Notes: a model not told the origin generated them from the letters alone. A stretch of DNA of 52,802 nucleotides, filler included, from Deltaproteobacteria bacterium (GCA_013151235.1; 3 parts of 3 records of this genome joined end to end with filler, not necessarily neighbours in it); one strand, 5' to 3'; positions 1-13,074 are shown, numbered from the whole stretch's first letter. Program-made: numbers and translations.

Positions 1-52
1 TCGTCCCGATATTGACGTGGGGCTTCGTCCGCTCATATTTTGCCTTTGCCAT
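1..52 (-). CDS. tuf: Elongation factor Tu, N-terminal fragment (runs off window start)
   Basis: Manual translation MAKAKYERTKPHVNIGT; AAGGAG RBS upstream; follows fusA. Confidence 0.97.
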   Translation of the reverse strand, partial: MAKAKYERTKPHVNIGT

Positions 53-73
53 CGGTCTTCCTCCTTATTCAAA

Positions 74-118
74 TCAAACCGTTCAAACCGTCTCATCCGT
101 TCAAACCGTTTAAGCTGT
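74..118. repeat. Five tandem 9-mers (consensus TCAAACCGT) in the fusA-tuf spacer
   Basis: TCAAACCGT TCAAACCGT CTCATCCGT TCAAACCGT TTAAGCTGT. Confidence 0.75.
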
Positions 119-121
119 CTA

Positions 122-2212
122 TTATCTTCCTTGCAGCTTCGCGACAATCTCATCCGCAATCTGCCGGGGAATCTCGGCATAGTGGGAAAACTGCATGGTA
201 TAGGTCGCCCGGCCCTGTGTCTCTGAACGAAGGTCGGTGGAGTATCCGAACATCTCCGCCAGCGGAACATGGGCATCAATCACCTGAATATTTGCCCGGG
301 CCTCCATCCCCTGAACATGCCCCCGCCGGGCGTTCAGGTCCCCGATGACCTGCCCCATATACTCTTCCGGGACCACCACTTCCACCGACATCATCGGCTC
401 CAGCAAGTAGGGGTCCGCTTTGCCGACCCCGTTCTTGATCGCCATGGAGGCTGCAATTTGAAAGGCCATCTCCGAAGAATCCACATCATGATAGGAGCCG
501 TCATAGAGGACCACCCGAACATCCACCAAGGGATAGCCTGCAAGAACACCGCCGTCCAGGGCATTCCGCGCTCCCTTCTCGACGGATCCGATATACTCTT
601 TCGGAATCACACCGCCCTTGGTCTCATCCGCGAACTGAATCCCCGAACCGGGTTCCAGAGGCTCCAGACGAATATTGACATGGCCGTACTGGCCTCGTCC
701 GCCCGTCTGTCGGACGAAACGCCCTTCCGCTTTCACCGCTTTATGAATCGATTCACGGTAGGCCACCTGCGGTTTGCCTACATTGGCATCGACCTTGAAT
801 TCCCGCATCAACCGGTCCACGATAATCTCCAGATGCAGTTCACCCATTCCGGAGATAATCGTCTGTCCAGTTTCCCGATCCGTGGTTACCCGGAAGGAGG
901 GATCCTCCTGGGTCAGCTTGGCCAATGAAACACCCAACTTTTCCTGGTCCATTTTGGTCTTCGGCTCAATGGCGACGGAGATCACCGGTTCCGGAAATTC
1001 AAGGGATTCCAGGACGATCGGGTGTTTCGGATCACAGAGAGTGTCCCCCGTACTGCAATGGTTCAGACCCACGGCCGCAACAATATCTCCGGTCCGGACT
1101 TCCTTGATATCCTCCCGCTTGTTGGCATGCATCCGGAGGATCCGACCGACACGCTCCTTGCGTCCCCAGGAAGAGATATGGACCGGGTCCCCGGCCTCAA
1201 GGATTCCGGAATAGACCCGGAAGAAGGAGAGCTGCCCCACATAGGGATCGGTCATGATCTTGAAAGCGAGAGCGGAGAAAGGCTCCTCATCGTCGGCTTT
1301 CCGGATCACCTGTTTGGATTCTTTATGCTCGGGAAGGAGACCTTCCACGGGGGGAACATCAAGGGGAGAAGGAAGATAGTTGACAACGGCATCCAGAAGG
1401 GGCTGAACCCCCTTGTTGCGGAAGGCCGACCCGCAGAGAACGGGCACGATCTTCAGATCAAGCGTTGCCTTTCGAATGGCGGCGCGGATCGCGTCCTCCG
1501 TCAGTTCCTTTCCTTCGATATAGTCGTTCATCAGCGATTCGTCATATTCCGCCACCGATTCAATCATCTTCTCCCGATTGACGGCGGCGGTCTCAGCCAT
1601 CTCCGGCGGGATCTCGGTCACCGTGAACATTTGCCCTAAGGCCGCTTCATCTTCCCAAAGGAGGGCCTTCATCATCACCAGATCGATCACTCCGGCAAAA
1701 TTGTCTTCCTTGCCGACGGGGAGTTGAACCGGTACGGGATTCGCACCGAGACGTCCGTGGATCATCGAGACACAACGGTCGAAATCGGCCCCCATACGAT
1801 CCATCTTGTTCACGAAGGCAATCCGGGGAACAGCATATTTGTCCGCCTGACGCCAGACCGTCTCCGACTGGGGTTCCACTCCCCCCACGGCACAGAAAAC
1901 GGCAATGGCCCCGTCCAGCACCCGCAGAGATCGCTCCACCTCTATGGTAAAATCAACATGTCCGGGGGTATCAATAATATTGATCCGATGATCGAGCCAG
2001 AAACAGGCCGTCGCAGCGGAGGTAATCGTAATCCCCCGTTCCTGCTCCTGGATCATCCAGTCCATAACGGCGGCGCCGTCATGAACCTCTCCCATTTTGT
2101 GAGAAATGCCGGTATAGAAAAGAACCCGCTCCGTCGTCGTGGTCTTTCCCGCATCGATATGGGCCATAATCCCGATATTGCGATATTTCGATAAAGGATA
2201 TTCTCTGCCCAA
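122..2212 (-). CDS. fusA: Elongation factor G
   Basis: [27 protein letters not shown] and NKMD motifs; start reassigned to TTG at 2212 behind GGAGGA RBS. Confidence 0.98.
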   Translation of the reverse strand: MGREYPLSKYRNIGIMAHIDAGKTTTTERVLFYTGISHKMGEVHDGAAVMDWMIQEQERGITITSAATACFWLDHRINIIDTPGHVDFTIEVERSLRVLDGAIAVFCAVGGVEPQSETVWRQADKYAVPRIAFVNKMDRMGADFDRCVSMIHGRLGANPVPVQLPVGKEDNFAGVIDLVMMKALLWEDEAALGQMFTVTEIPPEMAETAAVNREKMIESVAEYDESLMNDYIEGKELTEDAIRAAIRKATLDLKIVPVLCGSAFRNKGVQPLLDAVVNYLPSPLDVPPVEGLLPEHKESKQVIRKADDEEPFSALAFKIMTDPYVGQLSFFRVYSGILEAGDPVHISSWGRKERVGRILRMHANKREDIKEVRTGDIVAAVGLNHCSTGDTLCDPKHPIVLESLEFPEPVISVAIEPKTKMDQEKLGVSLAKLTQEDPSFRVTTDRETGQTIISGMGELHLEIIVDRLMREFKVDANVGKPQVAYRESIHKAVKAEGRFVRQTGGRGQYGHVNIRLEPLEPGSGIQFADETKGGVIPKEYIGSVEKGARNALDGGVLAGYPLVDVRVVLYDGSYHDVDSSEMAFQIAASMAIKNGVGKADPYLLEPMMSVEVVVPEEYMGQVIGDLNARRGHVQGMEARANIQVIDAHVPLAEMFGYSTDLRSETQGRATYTMQFSHYAEIPRQIADEIVAKLQGR

Positions 2213-2268
2213 CCCTTGTTTCCTCCGATGCTGCTCCTGACTGTTTTGCACTGCAATTGCGGGCATCA

Positions 2269-2754
<486 letters not shown>

Positions 2755-2759
2755 TTACA

Positions 2760-3134
2760 CTATTTTTTCGGGCGCTTCGCCCCGTATTTTGATCGAGCCT
2801 TCCGACGGTCGGACACTCCGGTGGAGTCCAGAGTCCCCCGGACAATGTGGTACCGGACACCCGGCAGGTCCTTCACACGGCCGCCGCGCAGCAGGACAAT
2901 GGAATGTTCCTGCAGACTATGCCCCATTCCCGGGATGTATGTCGTCACCTCATAGCCGTTGGTCAAACGAACACGAGCGACCTTACGAAGGGCCGAATTC
3001 GGCTTTTTCGGGGTCGAAGTATAAACTCGCGTGCAGACCCCCCGTTTTTGCGGGCTCCCCTGCAGGGCAGGGGCGCTTGTCTTCTTCCGGCTTTTGCTTC
3101 TTCCTTTTTTGACCAGTTGATTAATGGTCGGCAC
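2760..3134 (-). CDS. rpsL: 30S ribosomal protein S12
   Basis: [30 protein letters not shown] start. Confidence 0.99.
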   Translation of the reverse strand: MPTINQLVKKGRSKSRKKTSAPALQGSPQKRGVCTRVYTSTPKKPNSALRKVARVRLTNGYEVTTYIPGMGHSLQEHSIVLLRGGRVKDLPGVRYHIVRGTLDSTGVSDRRKARSKYGAKRPKK

Positions 3135-3246
3135 TTCATCACCTCCAGCCCTGATGGAGACCCCAACCAGGACTTATATCCCCTTTGTTTTCAAAGGGTA
3201 TGGAAAATTATACTGCGCACATTCCCCTCAGGCGAAAAACCTCCGC

Positions 3247-3276
3247 AATATATCAGAGCTGTTGAGGAGATGTCAA
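3247..3276 (-). promoter_or_regulatory. Putative sigma70 promoter of the str operon
   Basis: Minus strand TTGACA-N18-TATATT with TGn extended -10. Confidence 0.6.
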
Positions 3277-3363
3277 GAGGTTTTTCCGCTTTTTAGACGG
3301 AAAAACAGAAGACCTTCCCCGGATGGCTCGCAAATCATCCGGTTTATAAAAGCCGCGAAACCA

Positions 3364-6300
3364 TCATGACGGGACGACTTCTTCCAGGCTCTCCTGGTTC
3401 CCGGCCTCCGCTCCCTCGGATACTTCCTCGGGTTCCTCCGGTTGTTCGACCTTGACTACCGTTTCACGATAGAGCTGGGTCCCCGTTCCCGCCGGGATCA
3501 GCCGCCCCATGATAACATTCTCCTTAAGGCCGATCAGCTCGTCCACTTTGCCGCCGATGGCCGCTTCGGTCAATGCGCGGGTGGTCTCCTGAAAGGAGGC
3601 CGCTGAAATGAAACTGTCCGTATTCAAAGAGGCCTTGGTAATCCCCAGCAGGAGAGGCTGCCCCCTGGCCGGCTGTTTTTTCTCCTTGACCATTTCCTGA
3701 TTCTTGTCGGCAAAGCGGAATTTATCCACCTGTTCTCCGATAAGAAAATCGGTGTCGCCGCTATCTTCTATCACAACCTTCTTCATCATCTGCCGGACGA
3801 TAACCTCGATATGCTTGTCATGGATGGAGACCCCCTGGAGGCGGTAAACCTTCTGCACCTCCTCCACCAGGTATTTCTGCAGTTCCTTCGGCCCCAGGAC
3901 CCGGAGAATATCGTGCGGATTGGCGGAACCGTCCATCAGGGCCTCGCCGGCCTTGACGAAATCGCCTTCATGAACGTTGACATGCTTCCCTCTCGGGATA
4001 CTGTATTCATGTTCTTCCCCGTTCTCCGTCACCACGAGGATGCGCCGGGACCCGCGGAGAAATCCGCCGTCCTTCACCGTCCCGTCGACCTCACTGATCA
4101 CGGCCTGCTCCTTCGGTTTCCGGGCCTCAAAGAGTTCCGCCACCCGGGGCAGCCCCCCGGTGATATCCTTGGTCTTCGTCGTTTCCCGGGGGATCTTCAC
4201 CAGGGCATCGCCCGGAAAAACCTCGTCCCCTTTTTCGACCAGGATATTCGCCCCCGCCGGAAGGATATAACGTGCACTGCCCCGCCCCCCCGGCAGTTTC
4301 AAGGTCTTGCCGCCGGCGCCTTTGATGGAAAGGCGGGGCCGAAGATCCGTATGGGAGTAATCAATAATCACTCGCCGGGAAAGACCGGTCACCTCGTCCA
4401 CTTCCTCCCGCATGGAGACCCCTTCCTGAATATCACCGAAGGCGACCTTGCCGCCGACCTCGGTCAAAATCGAAGTCGTGTAGGGGTCCCACTCGACCAG
4501 GGTATCTCCCGCCTTCACGGTTTCCCGGTCCTTCTTTTTAAGGAGGGCACCATAAACAACGGTGTATCGTTCCTTTTCCCGCCCCTTCTTGTCCAGGACC
4601 AGGAGCTGTCCGTTCCGGTTCATGATGACGATCTTGCCGTCCTTGTTGGTAACGGTCTTGATATTTTCATAGGCCACGACACCGCTGTTCTTCGCCTCCA
4701 GGGTCGTCTGTTCCGCGACCTGGCTCGCCGTACCGCCGATGTGGAAGGTCCGCATCGTCAGCTGTGTTCCCGGTTCCCCGATTGACTGGGCCGCCATCAC
4801 GCCGGCCGCCTCGCCGATCTCGATTCGATTGCCCCGCGCCAGATCCCGCCCATAACAGGCGGCACAGACCCCCCGGTGCATTTCACAGGTCAGGGGAGAT
4901 CGAATCTTCATTGCGTAGATCCCGGCATCAATAATACGGGATGCAATCTTCTCGTCGATCTCCCGATTGGCCTTGACGACGGTCTTGCCGTCCCGGTCCA
5001 CCACATCCTCCACCGTCACGCGCCCCAGGATCCGGTCGTAGAGAGGTTCGATAATTTCTCCCCCTTCCACCAGCGCCGTCACCTCGATCCCGTCCAGGGT
5101 CCCGCAGTCCTCCTGGAGTACGATGCTGTCCTGGGCCACATCCACAAGCCGGCGGGTGAGATAACCAGAATTGGCGGTTTTCAAAGCCGTATCGGCCAAT
5201 CCCTTCCGGGCGCCATGGGTGGAAATGAAGTACTGCAGCACGGTCAGCCCCTCGCGGAAGTTGGAGGTGATCGGGGTCTCGATGATCTCCCCCGAAGGCT
5301 TCGCCATCAGCCCCCGCATCCCCGCTAACTGCCGGATCTGCTGGGCCGAGCCTCTTGCCCCGGAATCGGCCATCATGAAAATGGGGTTCAATGTCTGATT
5401 CTTCTCATCCTCTTCGGAATGAAGTTCCTTCATCATCTCCGCCGAGATGGCATCGGTCACCTGAGCCCAGATATCCACGACCTTGTTATAGCGCTCCCCG
5501 TCGGTGATCAGACCGTCGGCATACTGTCGGGAAACCTCTTCGACATCCTTCAGTGCCCGGTCAAGAATCTTCGGTTTGCTGGAAGGAATCTTCATATCAT
5601 CCACACAGATCGAAACCCCTGCATAGGTCGCGAATTCAAAACCGAGGTCCTTGAGCCGATCCAGGAAGATCACGGTCTTCGCCGGCCCGGCCGAACGGTA
5701 GCAATCATCAATGATCGATGCCAGGGCTTTTTTGTTCAGGAGACGATTCACCGCTGAAAAAGGGAACCCCTCCGGCAGGATCTCTCCGATCATGGCCCGC
5801 CCGACGGTCGTCTTTTCCGATTTGCCGTTGATCCGCACCTTGATCTTCGCATGGAGAGAGACCTTCTTCGCGTCGTAAGCCATCCGGAGTTCATCGAAAC
5901 CGGAAAAATGCATTCCCTCGCCGAGAACACCCTTTCTCTCAATGGTCAGGTAATAACACCCCAGGACCATATCCTGGGAAGGAACGGTGATCGGTCTTCC
6001 GTTGGCCGGGGAAAGGATATTATTAATGGACAGCATCAGGATCCGGGCCTCCGTCTGAGCCTCAACGGAAAGAGGAACATGGACGGCCATCTGGTCACCA
6101 TCAAAGTCGGCGTTAAAGGCCGCACAGACGAGCGGATGGAGCTTGATCGCCTTGCCCTCCACCAGGATCGGATCAAAGGCCTGAATCCCTAAACGGTGCA
6201 GTGTCGGTGCACGGTTGAGCAACACCGGATGTTCCTTGATCACCTCGTCCAGGGCATCCCAAACCGCATCGTTCATCTTTTCCACCATCTTCTTGGCGCT

Positions 6301-7485
6301 CTTGATCGTCGTCACCAACCCCTGCTCTTCCAACTTGTTGAAAATGAAAGGTTTGAAGAGTTCCAGCGCCATCTTCTTCGGCAGACCGCACTGATTCAAT
6401 TTCAGCTCCGGCCCGACAACAATAACGGAACGGCCGGAATAGTCGACCCGCTTTCCCAAAAGATTCTGACGGAAGCGCCCCTGTTTCCCCTTCAGCATAT
6501 CGCTCAGCGATTTTAAGGGCCGTTTGTTCGGTCCCCGGATAATACGACCCCGGCGGCCGTTATCAAAGAGGGCATCGACCGATTCCTGGAGCATCCGTTT
6601 TTCGTTCCGGATAATAACCTCGGGGGCCTTGAGTTCCATGAGGCGTTTGAGCCGGTTGTTCCGGTTGATCACCCGGCGGTAGAGATCATTCAGGTCCGAA
6701 GTGGCAAAGCGTCCACCCTCGAGAGGAACGAGGGGGCGGAGTTCCGGCGGAATGACGGGAATCACATCGAGGATCATCCATTCCGGACGGTTGTCGGAAT
6801 GCCGGAAGGCTTCCACGACCTTCAGCCGCTTGATCATCTTCGCCTTGATCGCCTTCGACTTGACCGTCTTCTCCCCTTCACGGAGTTCTTCGGAAAGTTG
6901 ATCAAGATCAATCCGGGAGAGGGCTTCTTTGATGACCTCGGCGCCGATCCCGGCCGTAAAGCTCTCGCCGTATTCCTCCAGGGCATTCCTGTATTGTTCT
7001 TCGGTCAGGACCGTCATCGGTTTCAAGGGGGTGTTCCCCTCGTCAATGACCAGGTAGGACTCAAAATAGAGGACCTTCTCCAGATCCTTCAGGGTCAGGT
7101 TCAGCAGATGCCCGATCCGGCTCGGCAGGGCCTTGAAAAACCAGACATGAGAAACGGGACAGGCCAGTTCGATATGGCCCAGCCGTTCCCGGCGGACCTT
7201 CGACTGGATCACCTCCACACCGCACTTGTCACAGATGACGCCGCGGTGTTTCATTCGTTTGTATTTCCCGCAGGTACATTCCCAGTCCTTGGTCGGCCCG
7301 AAAATCTTGGCACAGAAAAGACCGTCCCGCTCCGGCTTGAAGGTCCGGTAGTTGATCGTCTCCGGTTTTTTTACCTCCCCGTGCGACCAGGAGCGGATCT
7401 TGTCCGGTGAGGCGATCCCGATCCGGATCTGCTCAAAACTGACCGTGCTCTTCGGCTTCTCAAACAGGTTCATCAATTCTTTCAA
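3364..7485 (-). CDS. rpoC: RNA polymerase beta' subunit
   Basis: [12 protein letters not shown] catalytic motif and N-terminal Zn ribbon; start reassigned to TTG at 7485 behind GGAGGA. Confidence 0.98.
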   Translation of the reverse strand: MKELMNLFEKPKSTVSFEQIRIGIASPDKIRSWSHGEVKKPETINYRTFKPERDGLFCAKIFGPTKDWECTCGKYKRMKHRGVICDKCGVEVIQSKVRRERLGHIELACPVSHVWFFKALPSRIGHLLNLTLKDLEKVLYFESYLVIDEGNTPLKPMTVLTEEQYRNALEEYGESFTAGIGAEVIKEALSRIDLDQLSEELREGEKTVKSKAIKAKMIKRLKVVEAFRHSDNRPEWMILDVIPVIPPELRPLVPLEGGRFATSDLNDLYRRVINRNNRLKRLMELKAPEVIIRNEKRMLQESVDALFDNGRRGRIIRGPNKRPLKSLSDMLKGKQGRFRQNLLGKRVDYSGRSVIVVGPELKLNQCGLPKKMALELFKPFIFNKLEEQGLVTTIKSAKKMVEKMNDAVWDALDEVIKEHPVLLNRAPTLHRLGIQAFDPILVEGKAIKLHPLVCAAFNADFDGDQMAVHVPLSVEAQTEARILMLSINNILSPANGRPITVPSQDMVLGCYYLTIERKGVLGEGMHFSGFDELRMAYDAKKVSLHAKIKVRINGKSEKTTVGRAMIGEILPEGFPFSAVNRLLNKKALASIIDDCYRSAGPAKTVIFLDRLKDLGFEFATYAGVSICVDDMKIPSSKPKILDRALKDVEEVSRQYADGLITDGERYNKVVDIWAQVTDAISAEMMKELHSEEDEKNQTLNPIFMMADSGARGSAQQIRQLAGMRGLMAKPSGEIIETPITSNFREGLTVLQYFISTHGARKGLADTALKTANSGYLTRRLVDVAQDSIVLQEDCGTLDGIEVTALVEGGEIIEPLYDRILGRVTVEDVVDRDGKTVVKANREIDEKIASRIIDAGIYAMKIRSPLTCEMHRGVCAACYGRDLARGNRIEIGEAAGVMAAQSIGEPGTQLTMRTFHIGGTASQVAEQTTLEAKNSGVVAYENIKTVTNKDGKIVIMNRNGQLLVLDKKGREKERYTVVYGALLKKKDRETVKAGDTLVEWDPYTTSILTEVGGKVAFGDIQEGVSMREEVDEVTGLSRRVIIDYSHTDLRPRLSIKGAGGKTLKLPGGRGSARYILPAGANILVEKGDEVFPGDALVKIPRETTKTKDITGGLPRVAELFEARKPKEQAVISEVDGTVKDGGFLRGSRRILVVTENGEEHEYSIPRGKHVNVHEGDFVKAGEALMDGSANPHDILRVLGPKELQKYLVEEVQKVYRLQGVSIHDKHIEVIVRQMMKKVVIEDSGDTDFLIGEQVDKFRFADKNQEMVKEKKQPARGQPLLLGITKASLNTDSFISAASFQETTRALTEAAIGGKVDELIGLKENVIMGRLIPAGTGTQLYRETVVKVEQPEEPEEVSEGAEAGNQESLEEVVPS

Positions 7486-7591
7486 TGCACTTCCTCCCAA
7501 ACATGCAGGGACCGACCCCCGGAACCTTCCGCCGCCCTGCCCCCTGATTAAAGGCCGACGCATCATGTCCCGATTCCCGGAGCCCTGCCGT

Positions 7592-10500
7592 TTAAATGAG
7601 TTCTACGTCGAGGCAGAGGCTCTGCAGCTCCTTCACAAGGACGTTGAAGGATTCCGGGAGACCCGATTCCAAGGTATTTTGTCCCTTGACAATCGATTCA
7701 TAAATCCGGGTCCGGCCGGGAACATCATCCGATTTCACAGTGAGAAATTCCTGCAGGGTGTGGGCGGCCCCATAGGCCTCCAACGCCCAGACCTCCATCT
7801 CTCCCAATCGCTGCCCGCCGAATTGTGCCTTCCCTCCCAGAGGCTGCTGCGTCACCAGGGAGTAGGGACCGATTGACCGGGCATGGAGTTTGTCGTCCAC
7901 CAGGTGGTGCAGTTTGATGATATACATGCAGCCGACGGTGACCTCCTGATCAAAGGGCTCTCCCGTCTTCCCGTCATAGAGGAGAGTCTGGCCCCGTTCC
8001 GGCAGATTCGCCTCCCGAAGCAATGCCTTGATCTCCGTCTCCGTAGCCCCGTCGAAGACCGGTGTTGCAATATGAATCCCCAGGGCCTTCGCCGCCCATC
8101 CGAGATGGGTCTCCAGTACCTGGCCGATGTTCATACGGGAAGGCACACCCAGGGGATTCAAGACGATATCCACCGGCGTTCCGTCGGGCAGATAGGGCAT
8201 ATCTTCCACCGGCAGGATTTTCGAGACCACCCCCTTGTTCCCATGACGACCGGCCATCTTGTCACCCACCGAGAGGCGCCGCTTCATCGCTACATAGACC
8301 TTGACCATCTTGATCACACCCGGAGGGAGTTCATCCCCCTTCCGGACGCGGTTTATTTTTTCATCATAGTACCCGTGAACATCGTCCAGGCTGCGCCGGT
8401 ATCCATCTTCCAGCTCTTCAAGCTTCTCGTTCAAACTGTCATCCGCCGCCACCTCAATCCCGCCGAATACCTTCAGAGGAAGCGACTCGATCAGATCAGC
8501 CGACAGACTTCCGCCCTTCTTTACCAGGACCTTTCCGGACGCTTCATCCCGAATCGACTCCCGGACCTTGTAACCGACCAGGAGGCTCCGTTTCCGGGAA
8601 AGATGCTCTTCCTCAATAATCCGCAGTTCCTCCTCATAATCCTTTCGTATCCGCTCGATCTCCTCATTCTCGATACTGAGAGCCCGTTCGTCCTTCTCGA
8701 CTCCCCGACGGACAAAAACTTTTACATCCACAACCGTTCCTGCAATGCCAGGCGGCACTTTGAGAGAGGCATCCCGGACATCACCGGCCTTCTCTCCGAA
8801 GATGGCCCGGAGCAGTTTTTCTTCCGGTGTCAACTGGGTCTCCCCCTTGGGGGTCACTTTTCCTACGAGAATATCCCCGTGCTTGACCTCCGCCCCGACA
8901 CGAATAATTCCACTCTCATCAAGATTTCTGAGCGCCTCTTCACTGACATTGGGAATATCCCGCGTCACATCCTCCTGCCCCAGTTTCGTGTCCCGGGCTT
9001 CAATAGAGAACTCTTCAATATGGATCGAGGTGAAACGATCCTCCCGAACCACTTCCTCACTGATCAGGATCGCATCTTCATAGTTGTACCCGCGCCAGGG
9101 CATGAAGGCTACGAGGGCATTCTGTCCCAGGGCCAGTTCTCCCTGTTCGGTTGCGGGACCATCGGCGATAATCTGCCCCTGTGCAACGCGATCGCCCTTC
9201 TTGACAATCGGTTTCTGGTTGATACAGGTATTCTGGTTGGAACGTTTGTACTTCAGAAGATTATAGATGTCGAGACGGCTCGTCCCCACGCTCTCTTTTC
9301 CTTTTTTCTCCCTGATCGTCTTGACGACGATCTTCTCGGCATCGACATAGTCGACGACCCCGCTCCGCCGGGCAATGGAAACCGCACCGGAATCACGGGC
9401 CACAATCGCCTCCATCCCGGTCCCGACGATTGGTGCTTCCGTCTTGAGGAGGGGCACGGCCTGACGCTGCATATTGGATCCCATGAGAGCACGGTTGGCA
9501 TCATCATGTTCCAGAAAGGGAATCAACGACGTGGCCACACTGACCATCTGTTTCGGAGAAACATCCATATAATCGATCTGTTCCGGAGGAACCATGAGGA
9601 AATCACCTTTGGACCGAGCAGAGACCAGTTCCACGGAGATCTTCCCATCTTCGTCCAGGGGGGTATTGGCCTGAGCAATCACATACTTCTCTCCTTCGAG
9701 AGCCGTCAGGTAATCGACCTGGCTGGTGGCTCTTCCCTCTACCACCTTCCGAAAGGGCGCTTCAATAAACCCATAATCACTGACCCGTGCATAGGTGGAG
9801 AGCGAAGTGATAAGCCCGATGTTCGGACCTTCCGGCGTCTCAATCGGGCAAATCCGGCCGTAGTGCGTCGGGTGAACGTCACGGACGGCAAACCCCGCCC
9901 GTTCCCGGGTCAACCCTCCCGGCCCAAGGGCGGAAAGTCTTCGTTTGTGAGTAATCTCGGAGAGGGGGTTCGTCTGATCCATAAACTGGGAAAGCTGGCT
10001 GCTCCCGAAGAACTCTTTGATTGCGGCCGAAACCGGTTTGGCATTGATCAGCGTTTTCGGCAGAACCGTTTCGGAATCCTGAAGGTTCATCCGTTCCCGA
10101 ATCGTCCGTTCCATCCGGACCAGCCCGATTCGGATCTGGTTCTCCAGGAGTTCTCCCACGGAGCGGACCCGCCGGTTTCCGAGGTGATCAATATCATCCA
10201 CGGAGACCACGCCGTTTTTCAGGTCAATCAGGTGTTTGACCGTCCCGATGATATCCTCCTTGGTCAGGGTCCGGGTCGTCATGGGGATATCGAAACCAAG
10301 TTTGTGGTTCATCTTCAGACGTCCGACCGGGGAAAGATCGTAGCGGCGAGGATTAAAGAAAAGATTATGAAAGAGGTCGCGGGCCGTATCGAGCGTCGGC
10401 GGCTCACCGGGACGCATCCGCTTGTAGATTTCGATCATCGCCTCCTGGGGGGTGGAAATCTTGTCATGGGCGAGGGTATCCCTGAGAGCCGAACTGGCAT

Positions 10501-11554
10501 GAACGTTGTCCATGAAGAGGAGTTCAAACTCCCGGACGTTCTTCTCCAGCAACAAACCGACCGTCTCCTCCGTCAGCTCCGTATTCCCCTCCACAAGGAC
10601 TTCGCCGGTCCCGGGGTCGACGATATCACCCAGTACGACACGGCCGACCAGTTCTTCCGGAGTCACCTTGATCTCTTTGAGTCCCGATTCCGTAATCCGC
10701 TTCAGGGCGATCTTCGTAAACTTGTGTCCTTCCTTGACCAGGATCTTCCGGGTCCCCGGAGCATAGATATTGGAGGTCGAGGTCGTCCCCTTCAGGGTAT
10801 CCGGGTTGACCTCTTTTACCAAAACCCGTTTCTCACCCACATGAAATTTCTCCACATGGTAATAGATCCGCAGCAACTCCTCGGTACTGTATTCCAACGC
10901 CCGGAGGAGAATGGTAGCCGGCAGTTTCCGTCTCCGGTCGATCCGGACATAGAGGAGATCTTTGGCATCGAATTCAAAATCGAGCCATGAGCCTCGATAG
11001 GGAATAATCCGGGCTGTATAGAGATACTTGTCCGGGGAGGCCGCCTTCCCTTTGTCGTGACTGAAAAAAGCCCCCGGCGATCGGTGCAACTGGGTCACGA
11101 TCACCCGTTCCGTCCCGTTAATGATAAAGGTCCCGTTGGGTGTCATCAGGGGGATCTCCCCCATGTAGACCTCCTGTTCCTTGATGTCCCGGACCGACTT
11201 GCTCCCCTCCCCCTCTTCCGGCAGGTCGTAAACAATCAGCCGGACGCGAACCCGCAGAGGGGCCGCATAATTCGTTCCCCGCTGAAGACACTCCAGGATG
11301 TCGTATTTGGGCTCCCCCAGAGAGTAATCGACGAATTCCAGAGAGAGGGTCTCGTTGAAATCGGAGATGGGAAAGACACTCTCAAAGGCCGCCTGAAGAC
11401 CGGTAGCCTCCCGTTTGTCCGAAGAGAGATGATCCTGCAAAAAAAGACTGTAGGAACGTTTCTGGACCTCAATCAAATCCGGAACATCCATGGCCGCCGG
11501 AATCTTGGAAAAATTCCTTCGGACCCGGAGACTCGGTTTGCTAATCTTTGGCAT
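7592..11554 (-). CDS. rpoB: RNA polymerase beta subunit
   Basis: [29 protein letters not shown] and [13 protein letters not shown]. Confidence 0.99.
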   Translation of the reverse strand: MPKISKPSLRVRRNFSKIPAAMDVPDLIEVQKRSYSLFLQDHLSSDKREATGLQAAFESVFPISDFNETLSLEFVDYSLGEPKYDILECLQRGTNYAAPLRVRVRLIVYDLPEEGEGSKSVRDIKEQEVYMGEIPLMTPNGTFIINGTERVIVTQLHRSPGAFFSHDKGKAASPDKYLYTARIIPYRGSWLDFEFDAKDLLYVRIDRRRKLPATILLRALEYSTEELLRIYYHVEKFHVGEKRVLVKEVNPDTLKGTTSTSNIYAPGTRKILVKEGHKFTKIALKRITESGLKEIKVTPEELVGRVVLGDIVDPGTGEVLVEGNTELTEETVGLLLEKNVREFELLFMDNVHASSALRDTLAHDKISTPQEAMIEIYKRMRPGEPPTLDTARDLFHNLFFNPRRYDLSPVGRLKMNHKLGFDIPMTTRTLTKEDIIGTVKHLIDLKNGVVSVDDIDHLGNRRVRSVGELLENQIRIGLVRMERTIRERMNLQDSETVLPKTLINAKPVSAAIKEFFGSSQLSQFMDQTNPLSEITHKRRLSALGPGGLTRERAGFAVRDVHPTHYGRICPIETPEGPNIGLITSLSTYARVSDYGFIEAPFRKVVEGRATSQVDYLTALEGEKYVIAQANTPLDEDGKISVELVSARSKGDFLMVPPEQIDYMDVSPKQMVSVATSLIPFLEHDDANRALMGSNMQRQAVPLLKTEAPIVGTGMEAIVARDSGAVSIARRSGVVDYVDAEKIVVKTIREKKGKESVGTSRLDIYNLLKYKRSNQNTCINQKPIVKKGDRVAQGQIIADGPATEQGELALGQNALVAFMPWRGYNYEDAILISEEVVREDRFTSIHIEEFSIEARDTKLGQEDVTRDIPNVSEEALRNLDESGIIRVGAEVKHGDILVGKVTPKGETQLTPEEKLLRAIFGEKAGDVRDASLKVPPGIAGTVVDVKVFVRRGVEKDERALSIENEEIERIRKDYEEELRIIEEEHLSRKRSLLVGYKVRESIRDEASGKVLVKKGGSLSADLIESLPLKVFGGIEVAADDSLNEKLEELEDGYRRSLDDVHGYYDEKINRVRKGDELPPGVIKMVKVYVAMKRRLSVGDKMAGRHGNKGVVSKILPVEDMPYLPDGTPVDIVLNPLGVPSRMNIGQVLETHLGWAAKALGIHIATPVFDGATETEIKALLREANLPERGQTLLYDGKTGEPFDQEVTVGCMYIIKLHHLVDDKLHARSIGPYSLVTQQPLGGKAQFGGQRLGEMEVWALEAYGAAHTLQEFLTVKSDDVPGRTRIYESIVKGQNTLESGLPESFNVLVKELQSLCLDVELI

Positions 11555-11788
11555 GGGGGACTCCTAATCAATGAAAGTTACATTCTATCTTTTCAACGTC
11601 CCTGTTGAATCGCTGCGCAATCTTTCCTGGAAGTATCGGACGATGGATTAATCGCTGTATCCTCTATTGCGGGAAGCCTGTTGTTCCGTTGACAAACACC
11701 GAACATCTCAGACCTGTAGATCGTTTGAAAGGATGTGAAGTTACAAAACCGGCGAAGCGGCCGGAGCCGCCCCGCCGATCGGAAGTCG

Positions 11789-12166
11789 TTACTTGATTTC
11801 CACGGTTGCACCGGTCGCTTCGAGTTTTTCCTTCAACTCGTCCGCCTCTTCCTTGGTGACACCTTCCTTGACCGCCTTGGGTGCCCCTTCGACCAGCTCT
11901 TTGGCCTCTTTCAGGCCCAGCCCGGTAATGGCGCGCACTTCCTTGATAACCTGGATCTTCTTCTCGCCGAAGCTCGCCAGGATGACATCAAAAGCCGTTT
12001 TCTCTTCCGCGGCCTCCGCTCCGGGGACGGCCCCAACCGCAGCCACGGCCACCGGCGCCGCTGCGGAGACACCGAACTTCTCTTCGATCTCCTTGACCAG
12101 GTCGGAGATCTCCAGCATCGTTGCACTTTCAATAAAGCTCATCACATCTTCTTTGGTTACCGCCAT
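11789..12166 (-). CDS. rplL: 50S ribosomal protein L7/L12
   Basis: [27 protein letters not shown] at 12166 lies 7 nt from GGAGGA. The longer ORF in the track is read-through of the MITE. Confidence 0.97.
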   Translation of the reverse strand: MAVTKEDVMSFIESATMLEISDLVKEIEEKFGVSAAAPVAVAAVGAVPGAEAAEEKTAFDVILASFGEKKIQVIKEVRAITGLGLKEAKELVEGAPKAVKEGVTKEEADELKEKLEATGATVEIK

Positions 12167-12237
12167 GATCATATCCTCCAAAATTGTTTCCGGCCGGACA
12201 GCCGACATCATCTTTGATTTTTTTTTACTTGTTACTT

Positions 12238-12399
12238 GATGGTCTCGTAAAAAGTCACGAAGCCCTTCGACAGGCTCAGGGCGAACGGTGTAAGTTATTG
12301 ATATTCCGTTCGTGTGGTTCGGCAAGCTCACCATGCTCGGAAGCCTGTCGAACCATGAACGGAATCCGGAACCGGAAAACGACTTTTTACGACTTCATC
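12238..12399. mobile_element. MITE copy A (162 bp) carrying REP-like hairpins
   Basis: TIRs GATGGTCTCGTAAAAAGTC / GACTTTTTACGACTTCATC; flanking direct repeat TTACTT at 12232-12237 and 12400-12405; close match to 39223-39354. Confidence 0.9.
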
Positions 12400-12437
12400 T
12401 TACTTGCAAGACAGCCTTTTTGCCGGGCCGTTGTATG

Positions 12438-12956
12438 TTATGCTGCTTTTTGATCTTTTACAGCATTCAACACACCCGCCAGATCCCTGATCGGTGCAGC
12501 GAGCACCGTGGCAAAACCGGTCACCGGGGCCTGCAGAACCCGCAGGAACATGCCGAGCAGCTCGTCCCGTGACGGGAGCAGAGCAATCCGCTTAATTTCA
12601 TCCCGGCTCAGAAGGTTCCCATCCATGGTTCCCGCCAGGATCTCCAGCTTCTTGAAATCCTTGAGTGCATTGTTTAAAATCTTCGCAGGCGCCACGACAT
12701 CATCGTAGCTCAAGGCAATGGCGGTCGGTCCCGAGAAATGATCCCGGAGGGACTCCAGAGAGGTCCCTTCGGATGCAATCCTGGCCAGATTGTTCTTAAT
12801 GACCCGATACTCCACCGAGACGTCCCGAAGCCTTCTGCGAAGATCGGTCATCTCGGCAACCGTCATTCCACGATAGCCCGTCAAAATACCGATCCTGGCT
12901 TTTGAAAACTTTTCCCGAACCCGGGTTACGACTTCTTCTTTTTCCGTTCGATTCAA
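12438..12956 (-). CDS. rplJ: 50S ribosomal protein L10
   Basis: YRGMTVAEMTDLRR, VIKNNLARIA, LPSRDELL; TTG start behind GGAGGA. Confidence 0.96.
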   Translation of the reverse strand: MNRTEKEEVVTRVREKFSKARIGILTGYRGMTVAEMTDLRRRLRDVSVEYRVIKNNLARIASEGTSLESLRDHFSGPTAIALSYDDVVAPAKILNNALKDFKKLEILAGTMDGNLLSRDEIKRIALLPSRDELLGMFLRVLQAPVTGFATVLAAPIRDLAGVLNAVKDQKAA

Positions 12957-13074
12957 CGATTCTTCCTCCTTTCCTCTTAATCTGTTCACAGACCGATCTT
13001 AATGATGCGATCTATATGCCTGTGCATCAGTCAGAGGACAGAACCGGATTCCGCGCATTACAGCGAAGCTGCTT

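Noticed and set aside
2760-3134. Streptomycin-resistance alleles in rpsL
   Set aside because: The KKPNSA and RVKDLPG lysines are wild type.
7883-10990. 1035-aa plus-strand ORF and many other long antisense ORFs
   Set aside because: Shadow frames opposite conserved genes in a GC-rich genome; no recognisable motifs.
12238-12399. Integron attC sites or a riboswitch
   Set aside because: No cassette array or integron integrase; TIRs with TSDs fit a MITE better.
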